Source: Candidatus Woesearchaeota archaeon (GTDB lineage Archaea > Nanobdellota > Nanobdellia > Woesearchaeales > GW2011-AR15). From it: a DNA stretch of 64,000 bases. The stretch spans positions 15,030-79,029 of the forward strand of contig JAFGRO010000076.1 of assembly GCA_016935095.1 (NCBI GenBank), given 5' to 3'. The stretch's first letter is position 1. The number at the start of each line of letters is the position of its first letter. The notes beneath the pieces are model-generated. The model ran no database searches and was not told the origin of the DNA. It saw only the letters and a list, made by a program, of their open reading frames with translations. Both the position numbers and the translations under genes were made by a program. Shown here piece after piece: positions 48,913 to 60,233 of this stretch.

Positions 48913-49725
48913 CTAGTAATTTTTCAAAGTCTTTTGCCTGACAGATGAGGAAAAAGAAACAGGGTTAATGACTAGACCGTCTTTTGCGGCAATTACCTGG
49001 GCCTGAGATTGTTTTTGTATCTCCCTGGCTTCATAAATCGGATCTGCCTGTAGCATCTTAATACCAAAATGGGTTATTATGGCAAGCTTTGGTTTAGCTC
49101 TTTCAATGAATTTTATAGCATCGTCTGTATTCAGGCTGCCTTTTTGTTTTGTATTCCTTGGGGAGATTACACACAATATTAATATATCTGTGTTTTTATA
49201 TTGGTCAGCAATCTCATTTGTAAATTCTGTGTCAGAAGTATATCCCATTGTGAATTTTGGTGCAAAGAATTTAAAACCAACCCCATTTTCATCTAAATGC
49301 TTTGTTTCTGTAAGCTTAATATCAATATGATTAATGCCGACTTTAGAATCAGGATCCAGCGCAATATATCTTTCTACGCATCTTTTATAGAAATTATGTA
49401 TAAAAGGCTCATTTTCAGATGTGCCGTTGATAGATGAATTATTGCCGACAAGAACACCTTTTTTGTCTAATCCGTTATGAGTCATCGCACTTATAACTTC
49501 ATTTGCGCCTCCTGCATGATTGATATGGTTATGAGAAACAAAAACAGCAGTATTCTCCCTTAAATTTATCCCGTACATGCGGGCCATGACCAATGAGCCT
49601 GGTCCTGGATCAATATGAAACTGGTTATCCTCAACCTGAAGAATTATCCCTCCTGAGCCCCTGTATTGTTTCCCTATGACAATAGAGTCCCCACCACTAC
49701 CTAAAAAAACAATCCTGTCCCCCAT
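48913..49725 (-). CDS. Metallo-beta-lactamase-fold hydrolase
   Basis: Histidine cluster VFVSHNHINHAGG and a downstream His/Asp pattern. Confidence 0.55.
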   Translation of the reverse strand: MGDRIVFLGSGGDSIVIGKQYRGSGGIILQVEDNQFHIDPGPGSLVMARMYGINLRENTAVFVSHNHINHAGGANEVISAMTHNGLDKKGVLVGNNSSINGTSENEPFIHNFYKRCVERYIALDPDSKVGINHIDIKLTETKHLDENGVGFKFFAPKFTMGYTSDTEFTNEIADQYKNTDILILCVISPRNTKQKGSLNTDDAIKFIERAKPKLAIITHFGIKMLQADPIYEAREIQKQSQAQVIAAKDGLVINPVSFSSSVRQKTLKNY

Positions 49726-49881
49726 ACTATTATAGAATGATTACAACTATAAAAAAATTGTGTATTTTCTTAAAAAAATCTTAAGAAAATACTCAATTTT
49801 TGATACCAAAAATTACAAACGTAATTTTTTCGTATAAAAACTTTTGGCTAAAATCATTAATGTCTTCTTTGAAAAAAGTAC

Positions 49882-52722
49882 TCACTCAACCAATATAGCA
49901 GGCTTGCTTGGCATTGCACTATTTGCCTTGTTTTCTTTTGAGTTTTCCGCTTTTTCTACAATAAATTCTGCATTAAATTCCTTTGCAAAGAAATCACGGG
50001 CTTCATTCATTGCTTTGAATTCCTGATTGGCTGAAGTAAAATCTTCAATTGTTTTGCCTGTTTTAATTATCCTCTGAATAATTCCCATAACTGATTTACC
50101 TTGTTTTTTTAGCTTTTCATCTTTCATTACTTCTTTTATGATATCTGAGAAGTTCCTTGTTTTCTCCAATAATGGCTTTAGTTTATTATATAAATCATAT
50201 TTCCATTCTTGCGAGATAAACAAAGTTATTTTTTTAGGCTTTTTTATTCCTGTAATCTTTAGAACAGAATGAATGTCATTCAATGTTGTTTCAATGATTT
50301 TTTCTAAAATAATAATCTCATTGTTGATTTTTTCATTGTATTTCGGCCATTCTGCCAGGCTGATGAATCCTTTTTTTCCAATTGCTTCCCAAGTTTCTTC
50401 GCAGATAAAGGGGAGTATCGGCGATAAAAGCAGAAGCTGAGTTTCAATCAATTTATTCATTACTTCTTTATTAGGAGAGCCGGCAGTTCTCCTTAAATAC
50501 CATTTTACCAGCCTTTGAATGTCAAAATAAGCTTTCTGGATAGCACTTCTGAAAAGCATTTCTTCGTAGCATTCAGTTGTTTCCTTTACAATTAAATTAA
50601 TCTGAGCAAGCATCCATTCATCTATTGTGCGTGTTTCATAAATTCCCTTGTTGTAATTCTGTTTAGCAAAATCTAAAATGCCTTTAAGCTTATCTTTCAT
50701 TGCTACTGCAAGTTCAGTATCCCAGTTTGCGTCATCCAGGCTTTCACCTCCCGAAAGCACTGTAAAGCGGGAAGCATCGCTTCCGAAGTCGTGGCTCATT
50801 TTCCTTACAGGAATAACATTGCCGAGGCTTTTTGACATTTTCTGGGAGTCAACAGTAACCCAGCCATTAAGTCCAAATGCTTTAGGCCAATGCTTTTTAG
50901 TAAAGATTGCAATATGGTTAAATATGCAAAAAGTCATGTGGTTCTGTATAAGGTCTTTGCCGGAAGTCCTGTAATCCATGGGATACCAGTAATTAAACTC
51001 TTCATGGAGCTCATCAAGTAATTTAGAGTTTACTGGAATATCTTTTTTATCTCCTTTTCCTAAAAACACATAATCAAAAAACTTATCATCAATTTTCTCA
51101 ATTGGAATTTCTTTTATTTTATGCGCAATAGTATAATATGCCATGTATATTGTGCTGTCTGATAAAGATTCAATCACCCATTTCTTGTCCCATGGCAACG
51201 GTGTTCCTAATTCTGTTTCAGATTCATGTGTACATGCCCAGTCATTCAGCCAGTCAATAACATAATTAAACTGTGCTCTGACTTTTTCAGGAAATAATTT
51301 CATTGAATCAAGACATTCGTGAGCTTGCTTTTTCCAATCTTTGTTTCCATAAGCCAGGAACCATTGGTCTGAAACTATCTTTATTTTAGCTTCCGAGAGA
51401 CATCTACAAATAACTTTTCCGGTAGGCTCATACATTAAGTCTGCTTTGCCTTGTTTTAATAAAGATTTCTTCATTTTTTCCTTGCCGAATTCAACAGGCA
51501 TCCCTGCATAAGGACCGCAGTTTTCATTTAGTTTTCCGGTGTGGTAACCTGCTTTATAGATTATTTTACGTGCATCTTCCAGTTTTTCACGCTCTCTTTG
51601 ATTTTTAATTTTCCAGTCTTCAACAATCTTAACTGCAGCTGTATCTCCCCATTCCTTTGTTTTTATAATCGGGATGACTTCTATTTTTTTAATATCTTCC
51701 CAGTTCAGGCCGAATTTTTCACATTCTTCCTGGCTTTCCTGAAGATCCCTTAACCCGATATAATCATCGGGAGCATCGCTTGGAACACTTGTTACAATGC
51801 CTGTGCCGATGTTCGGGTCGCAAAAATAACTTGGAAGGACAATAATCTCTTTGTCAATACCTGGAGCAAGAGCATATTTTCCAATCATTTCTTTAGCAGG
51901 AATCTCACCTAAATATTCAACTTTTTTATCCTGCAATTTCAATTTTTCAGTGCATTCCCTGCTGCAGATCCAGTTTTCTTTGTCATTTACTTTGATTTTG
52001 ATATATATAGCTTCAGGATCAACCCATATATTGGTCTGACCATAGATGGTTTCAGGCCTTAAAGAGGCACAGATTATATAGGAATCTCCAAATCTGAATT
52101 TAAGCAAAGTATATTCTTGCGGGGTTTCACCCTCTCCAGCAACTCTGGCATGATCTCCTATTGCAGAATTGCATTTCTCACACCAGACAACAGGCTTTTT
52201 TCCTTTAATTACATAGCCTTTTTTTTTCAGGTTGCGGAACTGCCACTCAATGAATTTATTGTAATGCGGATTTAAAGAAGTTGTATGAAAATTACGCCTC
52301 CAGTCAATTGAGCAGCCAAGTTCTTTTAAATCCTCTTCCCATCCTTTTGAAAAAACCTTGATCCATTGTTTAGGATCTTCAAATTTTTTAATTTCTTCAT
52401 CTGAAAAGCCCATACTCCTTAATGTTTTCAGCTGTTTTTCTTCTTTTTCTTTAACGCGGAGAGCGGCATTTACAATAGGTGAGCCGGTAGCGTGCCATGC
52501 CTGAGGATAAAGAACATTATAACCTTTCATTCTTTTATATCTTACAAGAGCCTCTAATCTCATTAGGGAATAGAAATGACCTATATGGGGGTAAAGGTTA
52601 ATATAAGGATAAGGGAACGTTCCGAAAAATTTATCTTTGCCTTTTTTAGGATTAGCTTCAAATATTTTTTCTTTTTCCCAGCGGTTGTTCCATTTATTTT
52701 GTAATTTTTTCCAGCTGACCAT
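49882..52722 (-). CDS. leuS: Leucyl-tRNA synthetase (archaeal/eukaryal type)
   Basis: HIGH motif (PYPYINLYPHIGHFYS) and KMSKS motif (KMSKSLGN). 946 aa. Confidence 0.9.
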   Translation of the reverse strand: MVSWKKLQNKWNNRWEKEKIFEANPKKGKDKFFGTFPYPYINLYPHIGHFYSLMRLEALVRYKRMKGYNVLYPQAWHATGSPIVNAALRVKEKEEKQLKTLRSMGFSDEEIKKFEDPKQWIKVFSKGWEEDLKELGCSIDWRRNFHTTSLNPHYNKFIEWQFRNLKKKGYVIKGKKPVVWCEKCNSAIGDHARVAGEGETPQEYTLLKFRFGDSYIICASLRPETIYGQTNIWVDPEAIYIKIKVNDKENWICSRECTEKLKLQDKKVEYLGEIPAKEMIGKYALAPGIDKEIIVLPSYFCDPNIGTGIVTSVPSDAPDDYIGLRDLQESQEECEKFGLNWEDIKKIEVIPIIKTKEWGDTAAVKIVEDWKIKNQREREKLEDARKIIYKAGYHTGKLNENCGPYAGMPVEFGKEKMKKSLLKQGKADLMYEPTGKVICRCLSEAKIKIVSDQWFLAYGNKDWKKQAHECLDSMKLFPEKVRAQFNYVIDWLNDWACTHESETELGTPLPWDKKWVIESLSDSTIYMAYYTIAHKIKEIPIEKIDDKFFDYVFLGKGDKKDIPVNSKLLDELHEEFNYWYPMDYRTSGKDLIQNHMTFCIFNHIAIFTKKHWPKAFGLNGWVTVDSQKMSKSLGNVIPVRKMSHDFGSDASRFTVLSGGESLDDANWDTELAVAMKDKLKGILDFAKQNYNKGIYETRTIDEWMLAQINLIVKETTECYEEMLFRSAIQKAYFDIQRLVKWYLRRTAGSPNKEVMNKLIETQLLLLSPILPFICEETWEAIGKKGFISLAEWPKYNEKINNEIIILEKIIETTLNDIHSVLKITGIKKPKKITLFISQEWKYDLYNKLKPLLEKTRNFSDIIKEVMKDEKLKKQGKSVMGIIQRIIKTGKTIEDFTSANQEFKAMNEARDFFAKEFNAEFIVEKAENSKENKANSAMPSKPAILVE

Positions 52723-52883
52723 GTTTTATTCACCTTTTGAATTAGTATTTTATTAAGTTTTATAAAATTTGTTAAGAAAAGAACAATGAACCAGCTCATA
52801 TGAGCAGAATCAGCAATAAATTTGGCTGTAAGTTCATGATTTGAGAAAGTAGGGTGAATTTATATTTAAATCTATTCCTTTGA

Positions 52884-53084
52884 TTAGAACTTCTTAAACA
52901 TGGCAGCCTCATCCAGTAAATCCACATGGCCGAGGAAGGCTGTCCTGCAGCAGTATCTTTCTAAACCAAGTTCATCCAGAGCTTTTTGTATATTCTTTTT
53001 TTTATTCTCGGTTTTAATTAAGAAATCTTCCCATAAATGGGCAATTGGCTTTCCGCAGCTCCAGCACCTCACAGGAATAATCAT
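52884..53084 (-). CDS. rpoN: DNA-directed RNA polymerase subunit N (RpoN/Rpb10)
   Basis: MIIPVRCWSCGK ... LGLERYCCR zinc-bundle signature. The ORF-track N-terminal extension was rejected; start at the internal Met (53082-53084). Confidence 0.8.
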   Translation of the reverse strand: MIIPVRCWSCGKPIAHLWEDFLIKTENKKKNIQKALDELGLERYCCRTAFLGHVDLLDEAAMFKKF

Positions 53085-53103
53085 CGTGTTCTGCTGAAAA
53101 TAA

Positions 53104-54974
<1,871 letters not shown>

Positions 54975-55127
54975 TTAAATAAGGAAAATTGTGATTATTT
55001 AAAAAAATTTTTAAATTATGAACCCTTAATAAATTTAAAGAGGTGATTATTTATTGCTAAGTTAAAGAGAATAACTCTGGTAATCCTTTATTTATTAATC
55101 TTTTTAATTAGTATATTTCTTATTTTT

Positions 55128-55391
55128 TTGGTGAGATCCACCATTAAAAATAATGGAATATCCTCTGTTATAGTAAATATAGATGAGTTCTTTAAAGAAA
55201 AGGATTCAGTAGCTAAACCATTTATAATTATTTTATTGACAGTTCTTTTTATTGTGGCAGTTATGAGTACAATTTTGATGTATATGAACTATTTTGTCCT
55301 AGATAACCCTAACCTGGAAAAAAGAATAATCAGAGACCTGAATAAAGAAGTCAGGGAACTGAATAAACAAAGTAAAAAAAGAAACAAATAA
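55128..55391 (+). CDS. Small single-TM protein with Lys/Arg-rich C-terminus, 25 nt upstream of the RelA/SpoT-like gene (possible partner or antitoxin)
   Basis: 87 aa. The TM helix is FIIILLTVLFIVAVMSTILMY. Confidence 0.35.
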   Translation: MVRSTIKNNGISSVIVNIDEFFKEKDSVAKPFIIILLTVLFIVAVMSTILMYMNYFVLDNPNLEKRIIRDLNKEVRELNKQSKKRNK

Positions 55392-55416
55392 GAATTAATA
55401 TTCCCTTCTAGTATTC

Positions 55417-56433
55417 ATGACTGAAAAAACAAGCCTGGGAGAGGTAATTGTTGATAGTGTTGAACTCAGGAAACTATATGAATTGAGAAAACCCAAATAT
55501 GAGAGACTTACGGATTTAGTCTATCTAATATTGAATTCCTCTCTGGAAAGAAACAACATAAGAATACATTCAATGAAAAAAAGAGTGAAAGATTATTCAA
55601 GTTTTCTTGAAAAGGTTGAAAGAAAGAGATATAAAGATCCGTTTTTACAATGTACGGACCTGGCAGGATGCAGGATAATGTGTTTGTTTCTTTCGCAAAT
55701 AGAACAGATAAAAAAAATAATTAATGAAGAATTCGAAGTTATTGAGATAAGCGACAAAAAAACCACAAAAAAATTTGACCAGTTCGGTTATTTGTCTTTG
55801 CATATGCTGGTAAAAAGCCCTAGAAAACGACTAAATTTAATAGAATATTCAGAGCTTAAAGATTTGGTTTGCGAGATTCAGATAAGGACGATACTACAGG
55901 AAGCTTGGGCTGAAATTGAGCATTACCTGAATTATAAGACTACAAAAGAAGAGAGAAATGAAGATCTGCTTAGAAAGATTTTCTCTTTGGCAGGGATGTT
56001 TGAAGTGGCGGACTCAACATTTGAAGATATCCACAAAGGCTTTTCAAAGCTCATCACAAAAAGACTAGCGGGAGATAAAGAGACAATTACAGGTCTGAAT
56101 CTGTTCAAATTTTCCCAAACCTATTTTTCATGGTATAAGCAGGAATGGAATAAAGTAACAGAAAGAGCATTTTATAAACTGAGCAATGAAATAAAAAAGA
56201 TTAATATTAAATCAATAAATAAAATAAAAGCACTGCTGGAAAAATATAATTCAGAGCTTAAAAAATATGAGCTTTATCACAAGGAAAAAGAAAAAAAAGT
56301 CGAATTAAGATTTTTTTCTCCGGTTGGGTTAATAAGGGCAGCGCTTGCCTTGGAATATGGGAAGAAATTTGATTTGATATTCGGGTTGAAGGGATATAGT
56401 GAGAGAGTTAGGAGAGAAACTGAAAGTGGTTAA
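55417..56433 (+). CDS. RelA/SpoT-type nucleotidyltransferase (small alarmone synthetase / toxSAS-like) with ~150-aa C-terminal extension
   Basis: Synthetase-domain motifs RVKDYSSFLEKVERKRY ... CTDLAGCRIM ... FGYLSLHMLV ... EIQIRTILQEAWAEIEHYLNYK. Confidence 0.65.
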   Translation: MTEKTSLGEVIVDSVELRKLYELRKPKYERLTDLVYLILNSSLERNNIRIHSMKKRVKDYSSFLEKVERKRYKDPFLQCTDLAGCRIMCLFLSQIEQIKKIINEEFEVIEISDKKTTKKFDQFGYLSLHMLVKSPRKRLNLIEYSELKDLVCEIQIRTILQEAWAEIEHYLNYKTTKEERNEDLLRKIFSLAGMFEVADSTFEDIHKGFSKLITKRLAGDKETITGLNLFKFSQTYFSWYKQEWNKVTERAFYKLSNEIKKINIKSINKIKALLEKYNSELKKYELYHKEKEKKVELRFFSPVGLIRAALALEYGKKFDLIFGLKGYSERVRRETESG

Positions 56434-56504
56434 GTTATTTATTTTTTTAGTCAATTATTTCAAAAAATTGAACAAATTATAGAAAATTCATCAATATTGA
56501 CCAA

Positions 56505-56918
56505 TCATCGGTAGCTCTTCTGTTTCTTAGAACGTGCATGACCATGTGTGTTCGGCTTATGTGTTTCTTTATAGCGCACATCTGCAACAAGAAGCTGCCT
56601 GTCATACTCTAATAGAACAGATTTTAATTTTGGGGAATACTCTGCTAAGCACCTTCCAATAGCTAATCTGGCAGATTCTGCCTGTGACATTGCTCCTCCG
56701 CCTTTGACAATTACATTAATGTCAACTTCATCTGCAATCTTATCTGCAAGGATTAACGGCTCCTGTATTTTTAATCTGTACATCTCGGGCTGGTGCAATT
56801 CCAATAATTTGTGGTTTATCCTAATCTTTCCTGAACCTTTTTTTAAGGTTGCTTTTGCAATAGCTGTTTTTCTTTTTCCAGCTTTGTGAATTATTTTTTG
56901 TTTACTCAAGTTTAGCAC
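56505..56918 (-). CDS. rps9: 30S ribosomal protein S9 (uS9)
   Basis: C-terminus ...KPNTHGHARSKKQKSYR. Confidence 0.9.
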   Translation of the reverse strand: MLNLSKQKIIHKAGKRKTAIAKATLKKGSGKIRINHKLLELHQPEMYRLKIQEPLILADKIADEVDINVIVKGGGAMSQAESARLAIGRCLAEYSPKLKSVLLEYDRQLLVADVRYKETHKPNTHGHARSKKQKSYR

Positions 56919-57324
56919 CCATGCTTTTTGACAGTGTTTTTAAATCAAGATATTTAAGAGTTGGTAATTTTGAAATAGTACCTTCTTTAATTGTTATGGC
57001 TTTTTGGTTTTTTAATTCTTCAGGAATGCCTATATAACACCTGATTTTTTTAAAAGCCTCTCTGCCTCTTGGCTTTTTATAAGGCAACATTCCTCTGATT
57101 GTCCTTTTTATAATTTTGTCAGGGTATTTTGGGAAAAAAGGACCGGTGGTGTGTGTACCTCGCTCTTGTTTTTTCCTGTATTTAGCAAGAATATCCCTTC
57201 TTTTTCCGGAGACATAAGCTTTTTCACTATTGACAATCCTTACTGTTTCTCCCAGCATTGCTTTTTTAGCGGCATAACTGGCAAGCCTTCCTAATAATGA
57301 ATCCGAAGCATCTATAATTATCAT
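56902..57324 (-). CDS. rpl13: 50S ribosomal protein L13 (uL13)
   Basis: MIIIDASDSLLGRLAS... is typical of uL13. Confidence 0.9.
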   Translation of the reverse strand: MIIIDASDSLLGRLASYAAKKAMLGETVRIVNSEKAYVSGKRRDILAKYRKKQERGTHTTGPFFPKYPDKIIKRTIRGMLPYKKPRGREAFKKIRCYIGIPEELKNQKAITIKEGTISKLPTLKYLDLKTLSKSMGAKLE

Positions 57325-57326
57325 TT

Positions 57327-57677
57327 TTAACCTATAATCTTAACTTTTGAACCTTTTGGATTATTTTTTATTAGATCTAGTATTGTTATTGCTTTTGATC
57401 CTTTAGAGAGGATTTTTTCTTTAGCTGAACCTGAAAAACTGTATGCTGCAATAGTAATTTTTTTATTTAAATCACCCATGCCGAGAACCTTTCCCGGAAC
57501 AACAATGGTTTCATTATCTTTGCTAAATCTGTCTATTTTTGATAAATTTACTATTCTTCTTTTTTTGGTAGGTTTTTCTAAATCAAGAGCAATCCTCTTC
57601 CATATTTTAACATCCTGTTTAATTGAAACAGTCTTGAGATCTGTTATCAATGAATTTAAATGCATATTTGATTTCAT
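57327..57677 (-). CDS. rpl18e: 50S ribosomal protein L18e (eL18)
   Basis: eL18-like sequence. Start moved to the internal MKSN (57675-57677) because the longer ORF would overlap the tRNA-Leu gene. Confidence 0.7.
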   Translation of the reverse strand: MKSNMHLNSLITDLKTVSIKQDVKIWKRIALDLEKPTKKRRIVNLSKIDRFSKDNETIVVPGKVLGMGDLNKKITIAAYSFSGSAKEKILSKGSKAITILDLIKNNPKGSKVKIIG

Positions 57678-57702
57678 TTTTTTATATAATCTTTTATTAT
57701 AA

Positions 57703-57812
57703 TGCGGGGGACGTGATTTGAACACGCGCAGGCACTAAGCCACATGGACCTCAACCATGCCCGTTTGACCATTCCGTATTCATTTTATTAATGAATTCTC
57801 CGGCACCCCCGC
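57703..57812 (-). tRNA. tRNA-Leu(GAG) with a ~22-nt hairpin intron in the D-loop (non-canonical position)
   Basis: Minus strand GCGGGGG-TG-CCG-GAG[AATTCATTAATAAAATGAATAC]GGAATGGTCAAA-CGG-G-CATGG-TTGAGGT-CCATG-variable arm TGGCTTAGTGCCTG-CGTG-TTCAAAT-CACG-T-CCCCCGC-A. Anticodon loop TT-GAG-GT. Long variable arm (type II). No encoded CCA. Confidence 0.75.
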
Positions 57813-57834
57813 TTAATTAAGCAAAAGGTCCGAG

Positions 57835-58623
57835 TTAAATTGATTTTTCAAATTCACTGAGTCTAGTATTGAAAATATCAATGGCGGTTAATATTATTTT
57901 TTTAGGGGATAATTGGCCCCATGATTCCAAATAAAATATATAATTCTGTTCATTATTTGCAAGAGTTATTGCATCTGAAACATCTGTACAGGCTTCACAC
58001 AAGTGGCATTTAGTTAAATTTTTTTCATTGACAGACAGTTTCTTGTTTTTCATCTCAAAGACATCTACAGGGCAGGAAACCAGGACAGCTTCAGGATTAT
58101 TTAATTTTTTATTGTCAATATTGATTTCTGGTTTTAATTTATAAAAAATATGACCTGGTGCCCATTTTGAATGTTCTTTTCCTGTACCTAAAATGGCTGT
58201 GGCTTCTAATTCAAGCTCCTGGTCTTTTAATAATTTAACAATAATTGTTTTAGGATAAACAGGCTTAACCTTTGGATCAGTTGATTTTATATCAGAGGCA
58301 TAGACTGTTTTAGGTCCATTTGCCTTTAGAGTAAGCTTTAGACTGCATCTTGCACAACCTTCTCCTTTGCATTTGCATTCAGAGATAAGGTTATATGACT
58401 TTAAATCAGTGGTCAAGGTTACTAAACCAAGCCTGTGTGCTATAATCTCATCATAAAGTGCAGAGCTGTTTTTTCTGAATTCTACATCCTCAATTGCCAT
58501 TGTAGGAACATTGATTAACATAACCCTTCTTAGAGTATTGCTATATGCTGAAGATGTGTCTTCTAACAAAAATGAGATTTTGTCTTTGGATTTTTCTAAA
58601 ATTTTGAATTTCATAAACAACAC
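57835..58623 (-). CDS. rpoD: DNA-directed RNA polymerase subunit D (RpoD/Rpb3) with 4Fe-4S-type Cys cluster insertion
   Basis: Rpb3-like dimerisation-domain signature plus a CxxC...CxxC cluster (CKCKGEGCARC ... CHLCEAC). The true start may be the internal MKFKIL. Confidence 0.85.
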   Translation of the reverse strand: MLFMKFKILEKSKDKISFLLEDTSSAYSNTLRRVMLINVPTMAIEDVEFRKNSSALYDEIIAHRLGLVTLTTDLKSYNLISECKCKGEGCARCSLKLTLKANGPKTVYASDIKSTDPKVKPVYPKTIIVKLLKDQELELEATAILGTGKEHSKWAPGHIFYKLKPEINIDNKKLNNPEAVLVSCPVDVFEMKNKKLSVNEKNLTKCHLCEACTDVSDAITLANNEQNYIFYLESWGQLSPKKIILTAIDIFNTRLSEFEKSI

Positions 58624-59028
58624 CTATACCCTTCTACCTCTTCTGCCGCCCTTTTTTCTACAGCCGTCATGTGGGAGAGGTGTAACATCTTCAATTATTC
58701 CTATTTTAAGGCCCATTCTTGAGAGTGCGCGCACAGCTGCCTGAGCCCCCGGACCGGGGTTATTCGGACCATTTTGTCCTCCTGGCGCTTTTATTTTTAC
58801 GTGAATTCCCCGGATACCTTTTTCAATAGCTATTTCAGCGACTTTTTTGGCAGCAGCCATTGCAGCTGTTGGAGAACTTTCCAGGCGGTCAGCTTTAACA
58901 ATTTGCCCTCCAGATGAAATAGCAATTGTCTGCGCGCCGGTAATATCAGTAATGTGAATTATTGTGTTATTATAGGATGAGTAAATATGACAGATTCCCC
59001 AAATGATTCTTTGAATAGTATGTTTCAT
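58624..59028 (-). CDS. rps11: 30S ribosomal protein S11 (uS11)
   Basis: [20 protein letters not shown] ... [11 protein letters not shown] motifs. Confidence 0.9.
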   Translation of the reverse strand: MKHTIQRIIWGICHIYSSYNNTIIHITDITGAQTIAISSGGQIVKADRLESSPTAAMAAAKKVAEIAIEKGIRGIHVKIKAPGGQNGPNNPGPGAQAAVRALSRMGLKIGIIEDVTPLPHDGCRKKGGRRGRRV

Positions 59029-59552
59029 TATTTATCTGCCTCAGGTGTTTTTTTTTCAGGAGTTTCTGGAATGTTAAATAGATGCCCAGTAACTTTAATT
59101 GAGGATTCCTCTTCTAAAGACACAAGGTAACTTGGGGAGTTTATCATCTTATCTCCAACAAGAACATGCTCATGAGTTACATATTGCCGAGCCTGTTTAA
59201 TTGTTTTTGCGAACCCTTTTTTATAAACCCTTGTTTGTAATCTCCTCTCACTGATTTCTCTTACGCTTATTCCAAGGATATCTTCAATCTTTGCATCTGT
59301 TTTAACTAGATTCAATGACTGTACTTTTTTCATTAATTGCTCTTTTTCAATTTCAGCCTGTTTGTCTTTTCTTTGGATTAATTTTTTAACTCTTTGCTTG
59401 TATGCTTTTAATCTGGAAACCATCTTCCAGAGTTCTTTTTTATTTTTCAGGCCATATTCCCTAGTCAGGATTTTTTCTTCATCTATACGTAATTTTTGCC
59501 AGGGATGATTAGGCTTTGAATACTTTTTCCTCAGTTTTTTCGGGTCTCCCAT
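59028..59552 (-). CDS. rps4: 30S ribosomal protein S4 (uS4)
   Basis: S4 domain ([39 protein letters not shown]). Confidence 0.9.
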   Translation of the reverse strand: MGDPKKLRKKYSKPNHPWQKLRIDEEKILTREYGLKNKKELWKMVSRLKAYKQRVKKLIQRKDKQAEIEKEQLMKKVQSLNLVKTDAKIEDILGISVREISERRLQTRVYKKGFAKTIKQARQYVTHEHVLVGDKMINSPSYLVSLEEESSIKVTGHLFNIPETPEKKTPEADK

Positions 59553-59614
59553 TTTTTACCTCGTAAAAAACAGGGGCTTAAAAATTTTATTTGAAAATTT
59601 TTTTTGTCCCATTT

Positions 59615-60109
59615 TTAAACTCTTCCGGCCTTGGCGCCTTTTCTTTTCTTGACACCAATAGCTTTACCTTTATTTTTTCTGAAATTTGACTTTGTTCTTT
59701 GACCGCGAACAGGAAGACCATAAGCATGTCTAAATCCCCTGTAGGATCTGATCTTTTTCAGTCTTTTAATATCATTTTCATTTGTGAACCTTAATTCAGC
59801 GTCAAGAATATGTTTATTATTAGCATCATAGAAATCTTTTCTTCTGTTCATCATCCATTCTGGAACTTTATACTTGTCAGGATTTTCAATAATGTCTTTT
59901 ATTTTTGCGATTTGTTCGTTATTTAATTTTCCTACTTTTAGGTTTTTCTCTATATCTGTTAAATTACAGATCATATTGGAATAAATAACACCTATTCCCT
60001 TTATTTTTGTCAGTGCACAACATACTTGTTTGTTTCCGTCCAAGTCTGTATTTGCAATTCTGATAATATGCCTGAACTCTCTCTGGGATTTCTGTTCTTG
60101 TTCTTCCAT
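59615..60109 (-). CDS. rps13: 30S ribosomal protein S13 (uS13)
   Basis: …IRIANTDLDGNKQVCCALTKIKGIG… is typical of uS13. Confidence 0.9.
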   Translation of the reverse strand: MEEQEQKSQREFRHIIRIANTDLDGNKQVCCALTKIKGIGVIYSNMICNLTDIEKNLKVGKLNNEQIAKIKDIIENPDKYKVPEWMMNRRKDFYDANNKHILDAELRFTNENDIKRLKKIRSYRGFRHAYGLPVRGQRTKSNFRKNKGKAIGVKKRKGAKAGRV

Positions 60110-60233
60110 TATTTAGACCTTTATTATAAAATAGCCTAGAATTCAATCTTGGCCCTCAATTCGCTCAATAATCTGAACTCGGGCTATTTAGTGCAGGGAA
60201 AAGACCAGTAATTTATAAAGATTTTGGAAAAAT

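Noticed and set aside
57678-57725. Longer rpl18e ORF start that would overlap the tRNA-Leu gene
   Set aside because: The overlap with a well-formed tRNA is implausible. An in-frame internal Met gives a protein of the normal eL18 length.
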